From NCBI GenBank assembly GCA_050011565.1, contig JBEKIW010000002.1, positions 224,001 to 288,000 of the forward strand: DNA of 64,000 nucleotides, written 5' to 3'. The notes under the pieces were generated by a model. It was not told the DNA's origin and ran no database searches. It saw only the letters and a program-made list of their open reading frames with translations. Shown here piece after piece: positions 27,787 through 36,018 of this stretch (the stretch's first letter is position 1; every line of letters begins with the position of its first letter). Made by a program: the position numbers and the translations under genes. Source of the stretch: Dehalococcoidia bacterium. GTDB taxonomy: Bacteria; Chloroflexota; Dehalococcoidia; GIF9; UBA5629.

Positions 27787-29141
27787 TTCTTCACGAGACC
27801 CGGTAGGTATGCTGGTATCTCGCTGGCTTCTCTAGGTCCAACGATGATTTCCCAGCCGGGCAAAGCCTCCTCCAGCTCTCCCTTAATCCGGGCTACTTTG
27901 CCTGGGATAACCAGTTTCCGGTGCTTTACCCTGTCTTCGATGCCCGATTTTTTAATGAACGGTCCGATGGAGTCACCGGAGAACTTCCCCGCCGCCCAGC
28001 CGGTGAGAACGCCAAGTCCTTCGGTGTCCTTGACGCAGAGCCATGACGAGACTTTGCTGCCTTCGATTTCCGAGGCCACAATAAAATAGGTCAACGCCCA
28101 GTTGCTGGTAATCAACACCGGTGATTGGTCGGTCGGCTCGCCTATCTCGTAAATCTTCTGCTCCACGGACATAGGTATGCGCGGGTCGGTATAGATATTT
28201 AGCCTCTGGACCAGCAACGGCAGCAATGAGTACTTGTCGAAGTCGGATAAGACGATAACGCCCGGATATTTAATCACAAACATAGCCGCCAGCAGGATTT
28301 GTCTGATTTCATCTTTGCCTATAAAACAGGGGAATCCGATGGTGGGATAACCCAGAGGTCTGAAGTTCTGTTTCAAGGCTGCGCGCCGAATAAGCGTTTG
28401 GTCCCTGATGGCTTCCTGCATATTTTTAGCGATCGGGTCTAGTACTATCTCATCCAGACCGGCTTCCTTCAGCTTGGTGGTCAACGGTATCAGCTCTTCT
28501 ACGCTGTTGCCCTTCACCACTACCGGCGTCGGCGAACTCTTAATTCCGGCAATTATTTTGTCAATGTTATCTTTGGTAACAGCATAGAGCAGCGGCTTTC
28601 TTTCACCGCATATCTTCTTAGCTGAAAGCAGAACGTCAACATCCTCCGACATTAACACCAGAGGCAAATCGGTGCCGGCACAGACTTTCTTAACCAGTGC
28701 CTCAAATTTAGCTTTATCGCCCGACTCAAAATGCAGCGCCAAAACGTTCGCCTTAAGAGTCAGTCCTACCCACGGGAACTGTAATTCTTGTATCTTCTTA
28801 AGCTTCTCGTCGACCTTAGCCTCAGGTTCTTTGTCTGAGATAAGCAGGGCGATGCCCGGCTGATGGATGAAGGTCTTCTCATGCCTGTAAACCACCTCCT
28901 CACCGCCGATCAAGAGGGCATTTTTGCCTGAGCCGATGGTTACCGGCTTGATAGGTGGCGCCAGGGCCTCTTCCAGTTCAGCCTTAACCTCTACTGCAAG
29001 GTAAGAACATTTATCCAGCGAAACGCCGCCGGAAGCCAGCTTCATGGCGAAGGCAAAACAGGTGGGGAAACCGCACTCACGGCAATTCTTCTTGCCTCCA
29101 TCCGGAAGCTTCTTTACAACATCAGTTCCTTTTAGCGCCAT
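27774..29141 (-). CDS. acsC: Corrinoid Fe-S protein large (gamma) subunit AcsC/CdhE
   Basis: NCRECGFPTCFAFA, GGEEVVYRHEK, IYTDP, TSNWALTYF, VLTGWAAGKF. Confidence 0.96.
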   Translation of the reverse strand: MALKGTDVVKKLPDGGKKNCRECGFPTCFAFAMKLASGGVSLDKCSYLAVEVKAELEEALAPPIKPVTIGSGKNALLIGGEEVVYRHEKTFIHQPGIALLISDKEPEAKVDEKLKKIQELQFPWVGLTLKANVLALHFESGDKAKFEALVKKVCAGTDLPLVLMSEDVDVLLSAKKICGERKPLLYAVTKDNIDKIIAGIKSSPTPVVVKGNSVEELIPLTTKLKEAGLDEIVLDPIAKNMQEAIRDQTLIRRAALKQNFRPLGYPTIGFPCFIGKDEIRQILLAAMFVIKYPGVIVLSDFDKYSLLPLLVQRLNIYTDPRIPMSVEQKIYEIGEPTDQSPVLITSNWALTYFIVASEIEGSKVSSWLCVKDTEGLGVLTGWAAGKFSGDSIGPFIKKSGIEDRVKHRKLVIPGKVARIKGELEEALPGWEIIVGPREASEIPAYLPGLVKKWQN

Positions 29142-29161
29142 TGAAATCCTCCTAGCTCATT

Positions 29162-30388
29162 TTATACTGGAAGCTCCACCTCACCCTTCACCCACGGATG
29201 ACCTACCTTATCCAGGAACGCAATCAATTCATCGACGTTCTTGACGTCTTCCTCCGTAGCTATTTTATCGTACACGTCTGCAGGTATAGCCTCCTTATAT
29301 CTCTCTTTTATCTCCTTTGGCATCCACACGCAGCGCCTCAATCCGCCATCGGCAAAAAGGAATTTGGGCGACCTCAAATACTCCAGAGCCATACCCAAAA
29401 AGCCCTCTACCTGCCGGCCGCCGCTGGTATCCGCTGCCATAGTCGAGAACGGCACACCGACCACAGTATTGCCCGCAAAATCCCTGTGGACGAGGCCGAA
29501 GGCATCGACTTCAGGAATATAGAACCAGATCGCCTGGAAGCAACCGCAGGAAGTATGCGGATGCTCGAAAGCGCTGTGTAGAAAGACCCGGTTATAAGCC
29601 CCCATGGATTTTATTGCTCCCAGCTCGTTGCAGCCTTTGTACTCCCCTCTTATCGGGTCTAAACATTCACCCTTCTTTACCTCCTGCACCGGACCCTCCG
29701 GGTCGAGCTTATAAGCAGCTCTACCATCGAACCAGCTTATGGCTCCGCAATTAGCAATCCTCTCCGGGGTAGCAATGCAGATATGGGTTGGAGCAAAGCT
29801 CTGACACAGGGCGCAGCTATAAAACTCCTGAACATCGTCTTCTTTCAAGCCCCTGGCTCTCTCATCCCTGGCCTTATAGACCTCGCGAGCCTTGGCTAGA
29901 AGCTCCTCAACCTTCTTTTCATCGGTAACGAAGGTAATGGAAATCTTCTCGATGATATCTAATTCCGATGTATAGAGGAACATCAGTATCTGGCCAATCG
30001 CTTCAAAAGAGTTAAGCCCCTTAGAGACGGAATCCTTGCTGAGCCTGATCCAGACTTCGTCTCTCTGGTTCATATGATACAAGCCCTCTATGTAGTTGGC
30101 ATAAAGGTGCATCCTTCTCTCAAAGACCGGCTCCATGTCTTTCTCTAACTTGGCGCCGGCAACGTTAATCATCAAGCCTATGGGATAACTGCCGCCTTCT
30201 TTCAAGTCTTTGATGTCCGGACCGATGACCTCAATCTTCTGGTCCTCAACTTCATCAAGGCTTTTCAGAGTGACCAGCTCAAATTTGCTCTTCGCCTGCG
30301 GACCGCCGAACTCGACATACATGTCGCCTTTTCTGATTACTTCGCCCTCATACTGGGGCCCAACGTCTACCGGGAAAATTCCTGCCAT
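29162..30388 (-). CDS. cdhC: Acetyl-CoA synthase, archaeal-type beta subunit CdhC (lacks the bacterial N-terminal domain)
   Basis: PVDVGPQYEGE start, CALCQSFAPTH, CGAISW, PHTSCGCF; 408 aa. Confidence 0.95.
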   Translation of the reverse strand: MAGIFPVDVGPQYEGEVIRKGDMYVEFGGPQAKSKFELVTLKSLDEVEDQKIEVIGPDIKDLKEGGSYPIGLMINVAGAKLEKDMEPVFERRMHLYANYIEGLYHMNQRDEVWIRLSKDSVSKGLNSFEAIGQILMFLYTSELDIIEKISITFVTDEKKVEELLAKAREVYKARDERARGLKEDDVQEFYSCALCQSFAPTHICIATPERIANCGAISWFDGRAAYKLDPEGPVQEVKKGECLDPIRGEYKGCNELGAIKSMGAYNRVFLHSAFEHPHTSCGCFQAIWFYIPEVDAFGLVHRDFAGNTVVGVPFSTMAADTSGGRQVEGFLGMALEYLRSPKFLFADGGLRRCVWMPKEIKERYKEAIPADVYDKIATEEDVKNVDELIAFLDKVGHPWVKGEVELPV

Positions 30389-30392
30389 TCTA

Positions 30393-30947
30393 TTATGCCT
30401 CCTTGCTCTTTAAATTTGTTATTAGATTATCTAGAAATTCCTTCCACTGTTCATCTTTTCTGAAATTAGGAAGGGAAAAGCTGGCATGCGGATAGTAGAA
30501 TTTGCACAAGGTCATAGTCTTAAGGTGTGGGGCGTAGTGCTTTAAGGTTGACAGGCCTTGCTCAGCCAGGTCAGTCCTGAAGCCGAGAAACATCACCAAA
30601 TCGTGATTGCCTTCCTTCTTAACCCCTTTCCAGCCCGGGTCTTTGAGATGGTTGAGTATCTCTATGATGTCGTAGCTGCTGGCCGGCTCAACGCCCAGTT
30701 CAAGCAGCTTTTTCTTGGTATGAGCTGTGGCGCATATCGGTATATCGAGGGTTTTAGCTATTTCCACGCCATACTCGATAAGGGATTTACCACCCAAAGT
30801 CGTGGTAAGTGACCAGGCACCGAGAACAAGAAGAGGCCTCTGAGCACGTTTTATAAGGTGGGCATACTCACCGGCATCTTCGATAAGCCTGGCTGACTTA
30901 GTCCCGGTTAACACATTAACTCGATGATACGGTAAAGTCGTGGTCAT
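30393..30947 (-). CDS. cdhB: CODH/ACS epsilon subunit CdhB
   Basis: IKRAQRPLLVLG, LKDPGWKG, HDLVMFLG, STLKHYAP, YPHASFS. Confidence 0.9.
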   Translation of the reverse strand: MTTTLPYHRVNVLTGTKSARLIEDAGEYAHLIKRAQRPLLVLGAWSLTTTLGGKSLIEYGVEIAKTLDIPICATAHTKKKLLELGVEPASSYDIIEILNHLKDPGWKGVKKEGNHDLVMFLGFRTDLAEQGLSTLKHYAPHLKTMTLCKFYYPHASFSLPNFRKDEQWKEFLDNLITNLKSKEA

Positions 30948-30963
30948 AACATAACCTCCTTGC

Positions 30964-31659
30964 TTATGCTACCTTAGCCGATTTTAGAGCCTTCCCCGCC
31001 GCCAGTTTGGTCATAAGGCCGGCGCGATGCATTAAAGTATCTTCAAACTCCTGGTCCATTACCATTGTCGACAGGCAGGGATACTGGTGATGGAGAAGCC
31101 CGGCTTTCTCTACGGCGTCTCTTTCCCAGATTCCGACCAAACCATCAGCTACATACGGAGTACAACCACACGGAGCCCCCCTGATAACTGCCACCCGTTT
31201 TATTCTATCTTTATCGAGCTCTATATCCAGTTCCGGCTTTCCGAAATATTTAGCAAATTCTTTAATATGAGGGTTCTGACTATCTTTTTCCGTCAGAGTA
31301 CAGAAGGGGACCGGATAGACCATATCCACACCCATCGATTCCAGCTTCCGCTTAATTTGCTTGGCTAAACCCGGTGGCAGCCAGGTACGGTTATCTGCCG
31401 GGGCGATGACTGCTTTGGCGCCGCTTTTCTTTACCATGTCGGGAATTATTTGAGCCACCCCGGGATGCTCACCCAGGGATATCAACAAATCGGCCGCCGG
31501 CAGCTCTTTGGGTAGAAACTCACCAGCGTCATCGATTATAGCCGGCAAGTCCTGAGCAAAGGTGAAAGTATAAACCTTCCAGCCGGCCGGGCCGCACTTC
31601 CTTATATTATCGGCAATCCTCTGGCCATAATGGCCTTGTATAGCTACCAGAACTCGCAT
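30964..31659 (-). CDS. DUF166-family protein
   Basis: GHYGQR, IIDD..EFLP, PVPFCTL, FGKP, RGAPCG, YPCL. Confidence 0.7.
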   Translation of the reverse strand: MRVLVAIQGHYGQRIADNIRKCGPAGWKVYTFTFAQDLPAIIDDAGEFLPKELPAADLLISLGEHPGVAQIIPDMVKKSGAKAVIAPADNRTWLPPGLAKQIKRKLESMGVDMVYPVPFCTLTEKDSQNPHIKEFAKYFGKPELDIELDKDRIKRVAVIRGAPCGCTPYVADGLVGIWERDAVEKAGLLHHQYPCLSTMVMDQEFEDTLMHRAGLMTKLAAGKALKSAKVA

Positions 31660-31680
31660 GAATCCTCTTTTTAAATCTCC

Positions 31681-33987
31681 TTAGTGGACAACCGACTCTA
31701 TCGGCACCTCTGATGGATAAGTTCCTATCAATGTGGGCAGGGTTAAAACCGGCTTCTCCTTCCAGCCCACTTTCTCGAGGTATGCCATGACCTCCTTCTT
31801 AAAGAAGATGGGTATATCAGTAGCCTTTCTAACGAAAAGATGGAGGTCGTCGGGAAGGCTGCCCATATACTGCTTATGCAGAGCAATGTAGTGCGTGAGC
31901 TTTAACTGGCGTCCTTGAGCGGTATCGTTCTTCCTGATGCACAGCTTGGCCATAGTGACCATCGCCCTCTCCTTGGACTCTACCACGGTAATTAAGTGCT
32001 CCGGTGATGGTTCTTCGGTATTCACCAGCTTCTTCTCCCTGCCGTCCATCACCGTCCAGTCGTCCTCCTCCTTCCGGCTCAGATAGAGTCTTCTATACTT
32101 AGCGGAATGAGGACCGAGGACTACTGGTATACCAAGGCGATTACAGCCCGTGGCAATAGACGCTGCCTTCTGAGAATAAGCTCCCCAGGCGAGGCCGCAG
32201 GCACCGACCCGGTTCAAGATGTAGTCGGCTATAACCTCATAATTACCTCGCAAAGGCAGCGTGGCGAAGATGTTGGCTACCTTCATGGCAGCGCCGGTGA
32301 TGTGGGCATTAGCTACACAGGAGCCGACGTTAAGCACGCCGCCGGCATCGAAGTTGGGCGGGTATTTCTCGTAAATAGTTTTGCCGTCTTTGTCCTTCTT
32401 CATCCCGGCCACCATGGCCGAGCAGCCGCTGAGAACCACAATATATTTCCTCTTGGCGAATTCCTCAGCAATATCGGCTATCTCGGTGATTTCCTCAGGG
32501 AAGTTGGAACAGCCGACGATGGCGATTATCCCGGGTATCGTTCCCAGTACAATGGGCGCTCCGACTTTTCGAATTTCCACATCCATAATAGGTCCTCGCC
32601 CGGCGCGCATTTTCCATGTCTCCCAGCTGGCTGCCGCCTGCATCATCTTGATTATGGGCACATGGCGAGGGCATTCCTGGTCACATTTGCCGCAGCCGAT
32701 GCATTTATTGAATACTTCGGTTAGCGGCTGGAGGTTGCCGTTCTTGGCCGCCTCGATAGCATCACCGACCGGAAGTAAGTTAGGGCAGACCTGGCTGCAC
32801 ATATTGCACAGCTTATGGTCCTTAGCCAGATCCGGCACCTCTTCCGGTTTAACCAGTACCTTGTTTCTCTTCGGCGCCAGTTCCATGGCCACCCTGACAG
32901 CTACTTCGGCAGCTTTATCCGGGTCGAATATCAATGTCTGCTTTCCATTCACCATTTCGCTGACTATTTCGTTGGCTTCCCTCTTGGTCACATCATCAAG
33001 CCCGTAGCATACCTTGTCATTGGTGGCAATCAAGGCGGTGCCTGCTTTGGCAGCCTCGACCGGCGTATCGCATCTGACACACTGCTCATCGGTGACGATA
33101 ACATCGGCGATGCCCGTCCTGACGAAAAATAACTGGCGGGACAGCGGGCCGACTACTTTAGCTCGATTGCTGTATCTGGCCACTTCCTGAGCCGTGCAGC
33201 AAATTCCGGCCACCTCTACCTTATCCTGCAGACCATTGGCATTTATATAATCGACAATGGGAATAGCTGTAACCGGGTTATGGCCTATTAAAAGGATGAC
33301 GGGCTTCGTCCTGTCCACCGCACCCCATCCCAGGTCAACCAGCGAAGTTTCAGCCACAGATGTCGGATAGCCGAAACCGACTATCTCGGCAATATCGGCG
33401 GCTTCCAGTGCCACGTGGTCTAACATGGAGATATGAAGCGCTTTCGACTCATAATCAAGTGCCGACCCCTCCTGACCCGTATGGAGCGCCGATACGCAGT
33501 GAATAAGCTGATTCTCCACGTACTCAATAGCTTTCTCCAGGTCACCCAAATTTTCGGGCTTCAGTCCCATGACCGTCCTTATATGTGGGGCTTCCACAAG
33601 TACCTGATCACCAAGGTTAATTTTATAGTCCGGTCCGTGTTTCTCAATTAAATATTGAAGTACGTGCCGGCCATGTCCGGCATGGGCTGCCGTACCCATA
33701 CAACATGCCATTAGCACAACCCTGGCTTGCTGAGCCGAAATATCGATGCCGCAAGCCCCTCTCTTATCCCCGGTGAGGTCGCATTTGCCGTAGGTACAAA
33801 AACAGCACAAATCACACATGGGGGCATAAAAAGGTTTGTAGGTCTTGAGCAACCTCATGTCCCAGTTTCTCAAGTCGGGCAGCTCGGGCATTGGAGTGTG
33901 TCCCACAGGCTCCCAATTGTCTTCCGCCCGTATTATCTCGTTAACTTTATCTTTCCGTGTATGTTTCTTCTTGGTTACTACCGCCAT
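31681..33987 (-). CDS. cdhA: CO dehydrogenase, archaeal-type alpha subunit CdhA
   Basis: LRNWDMRLL, CDLCCFCTYGKCDL, GACGI, GHN, GICCTA, DEQCVR, GCSN, SGC, GSCVANAH, two ferredoxin-like motifs. Confidence 0.96.
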   Translation of the reverse strand: MAVVTKKKHTRKDKVNEIIRAEDNWEPVGHTPMPELPDLRNWDMRLLKTYKPFYAPMCDLCCFCTYGKCDLTGDKRGACGIDISAQQARVVLMACCMGTAAHAGHGRHVLQYLIEKHGPDYKINLGDQVLVEAPHIRTVMGLKPENLGDLEKAIEYVENQLIHCVSALHTGQEGSALDYESKALHISMLDHVALEAADIAEIVGFGYPTSVAETSLVDLGWGAVDRTKPVILLIGHNPVTAIPIVDYINANGLQDKVEVAGICCTAQEVARYSNRAKVVGPLSRQLFFVRTGIADVIVTDEQCVRCDTPVEAAKAGTALIATNDKVCYGLDDVTKREANEIVSEMVNGKQTLIFDPDKAAEVAVRVAMELAPKRNKVLVKPEEVPDLAKDHKLCNMCSQVCPNLLPVGDAIEAAKNGNLQPLTEVFNKCIGCGKCDQECPRHVPIIKMMQAAASWETWKMRAGRGPIMDVEIRKVGAPIVLGTIPGIIAIVGCSNFPEEITEIADIAEEFAKRKYIVVLSGCSAMVAGMKKDKDGKTIYEKYPPNFDAGGVLNVGSCVANAHITGAAMKVANIFATLPLRGNYEVIADYILNRVGACGLAWGAYSQKAASIATGCNRLGIPVVLGPHSAKYRRLYLSRKEEDDWTVMDGREKKLVNTEEPSPEHLITVVESKERAMVTMAKLCIRKNDTAQGRQLKLTHYIALHKQYMGSLPDDLHLFVRKATDIPIFFKKEVMAYLEKVGWKEKPVLTLPTLIGTYPSEVPIESVVH

Positions 33988-34055
33988 TATTAGTTCCTCC
34001 TTCTAACAGGCTGTGATAGACGGAATTATAGTACTATTAGGAATAATTATCAATA

Positions 34056-34961
34056 CTATATTTTGCCGTCAATAGCCTCTTTTATAAGCTTAAGGCTTTC
34101 AGGTTGGCGCAGTACCAGTATATTTGCGCCAGCCAAGAGCAGGCTGAGAGCAGTAACGCATTCCCATAAAAGCCCCTGCTTTTCGTTCTCTTTAGCCTGT
34201 TTGGTTTTCCCTGACTCGCTGCCCAGGTCAGCGATAATCGGCATCTGCATCGTATTATCGCCAAACATGACGCCAATGTGCTTCGTTCTCTCCATTATGG
34301 TAAAGCTGTATTCCATGCCATAGCCTAGAGCCGAACTCAGCGGGTCGATGACTATCCGCTCACGCGGGAAAGTCTTCAACAGCTTCACATTCAGTTCTTT
34401 CTCCAGGTTTATATCCAGTGGAGACTGAGCGATTATGCAGTGCCCGTGCTCTAAAGCGGCTTTGGCTATGGGCTCGTAGTTCTCCTTTGCCACCGGGCCC
34501 ACAAGAAGGTTCTCGCCGGCGCAGGCTTCCGCCACCTTGGTCAGGACCTCGATATCCTTCTTCTCATCCCCGGAACCGTAGACAATAAGCGGTGTTTTTA
34601 TAGCCGAGGCTACCTGCTTAACCACCGCGGCCGCCTTGTCCGCCGGGGCATTATCTCCGGCCGGGTCGGTACTCACCAGCCGCAGGCAAACCAGGTCGGC
34701 GCCGAACTCGAGGCACTTCTTCGCCCATGCCACCGGGTCGGAAAGAACGCCTTCATAAGGCCGGCGTTCCCATTCAGTCCAGGTCTTTGGCTCGGAATCA
34801 AAGACTTCCAATGCCAGTCGCGGCCGATTTTCTATGTTGCCCTCAAAAAAATGAAAGGGAAGAACGTTCTCCTCTCCAATCTTTAAAGCTTTCTCCCCCT
34901 TGCCAATCACCACCTCGGCTACTCTTCCAGAATAGGTTTCCAAAGGTGCTTTATAGTCCAT
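34056..34961 (-). CDS. acsD: Corrinoid Fe-S protein small (delta) subunit AcsD/CdhD
   Basis: LPFHFFEG, DPVAWAKKC, SPLDINL, ALGYGMEYS. Confidence 0.94.
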   Translation of the reverse strand: MDYKAPLETYSGRVAEVVIGKGEKALKIGEENVLPFHFFEGNIENRPRLALEVFDSEPKTWTEWERRPYEGVLSDPVAWAKKCLEFGADLVCLRLVSTDPAGDNAPADKAAAVVKQVASAIKTPLIVYGSGDEKKDIEVLTKVAEACAGENLLVGPVAKENYEPIAKAALEHGHCIIAQSPLDINLEKELNVKLLKTFPRERIVIDPLSSALGYGMEYSFTIMERTKHIGVMFGDNTMQMPIIADLGSESGKTKQAKENEKQGLLWECVTALSLLLAGANILVLRQPESLKLIKEAIDGKI

Positions 34962-34983
34962 CGTTCGCTCCTTTTAATTACTT

Positions 34984-35862
34984 CTAGCTCTCAAGCCAGG
35001 CGTGAGAATAAAGCGTCCCACCCATAAGAACCTTGGCGGTTTTCACGTAATCCTGTTCCTCTTTTGACAGGGAACCCATATCTACGGATTCGCTATCCAT
35101 GGTCTTATAGATAAGGTCGACAATTTTGGGAAGTTCACCCTTGTTCAATCGGACAAGGTCCTTGTCCAACACATCGGCAATCGCCGAGTAAAGTCCGCTT
35201 CTGCCCAGCATCACCATATAAGTGCGGTTAAGTATGCCCCTGAGTTCCTCGGGCGTTCCGTTGGACACATTGGACAGCCCGACTGTTGACTTGACGCCGG
35301 GTAGCAGGTCAGCCAGCATGCTTATGAAGTCCAGGGCTTCCCTGACCTGTTTCTGGTCAGCGCTGACCGGCAAAATAATGGGGTCAACCCAGATGTCTTC
35401 GTTGGGAATTCCCATCTCGTTGGCGAGCGCCACCGTTTCCATAATACTTTCAATCCTGGAATCAATATCGGGTGGGCATCCTTTGTCGGTAAGAACGGAA
35501 ATAACTACGTTGGTATTATATTTCTTAGCTAGAGGCAACATGCGTTCTTTGCTATCGGTCCTCCCGGAGGCCGAATTAAGCAGAGGTCTTTTCTTGCAGG
35601 CTTTGAGGCCGGCTTCCATGGCCACAGGATTTAAGGTATCCACGGAAACAGGTAAATCGCTAACCCCCTGAATCGTATTAACCAGCCACTGCGTTACTTC
35701 CTCGGGGTCTCTCTTCGCCGGTCCCAGATTCAAGTCAATGTAGTCTGCTCCGGCGGCGGTCTGGGTCTTGGCTAAGTCCTGTATTACCTGTTGATTGCGT
35801 TCCTTGACAGCGTCATTGACGTCCTTGGAAATAATGTGAATGCTCTCGCCGATTAAGACCAT
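34984..35862 (-). CDS. acsE: Methyl-THF:corrinoid Fe-S protein methyltransferase AcsE (pterin-binding)
   Basis: LIGESIH, GADYIDLN, DIWVDP, GLSNVS, LNRTY; heads the acs cluster. Confidence 0.9.
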   Translation of the reverse strand: MVLIGESIHIISKDVNDAVKERNQQVIQDLAKTQTAAGADYIDLNLGPAKRDPEEVTQWLVNTIQGVSDLPVSVDTLNPVAMEAGLKACKKRPLLNSASGRTDSKERMLPLAKKYNTNVVISVLTDKGCPPDIDSRIESIMETVALANEMGIPNEDIWVDPIILPVSADQKQVREALDFISMLADLLPGVKSTVGLSNVSNGTPEELRGILNRTYMVMLGRSGLYSAIADVLDKDLVRLNKGELPKIVDLIYKTMDSESVDMGSLSKEEQDYVKTAKVLMGGTLYSHAWLES

Positions 35863-35903
35863 AATTTGCCCCCCCTTTTGTGAATTAGGTCTAAAACCGC
35901 ATA

Positions 35904-35961
35904 ATTGTAGCATTTCACTATTTGAGCGTCAACAGCATTTGTACCTAATCAAGTAAGGTAC
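35904..35961 (-). promoter_or_regulatory. Promoter of the acs/cdh operon with upstream palindrome
   Basis: Minus strand TTGACG-N17-TACAAT with extended TG; GTACCT-N9-AGGTAC at 35941-35961. Confidence 0.6.
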
Positions 35962-36018
35962 ACCAGTCGCAGCTGCATAATTGAAAGCTTCTGACGTTGA
36001 CAGCTATAATTGACATTT

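Noticed and set aside
34984-35862. Dihydropteroate synthase (folP)
   Set aside because: Same fold, but the GLSNVS and LNRTY motifs and the operon position indicate AcsE.
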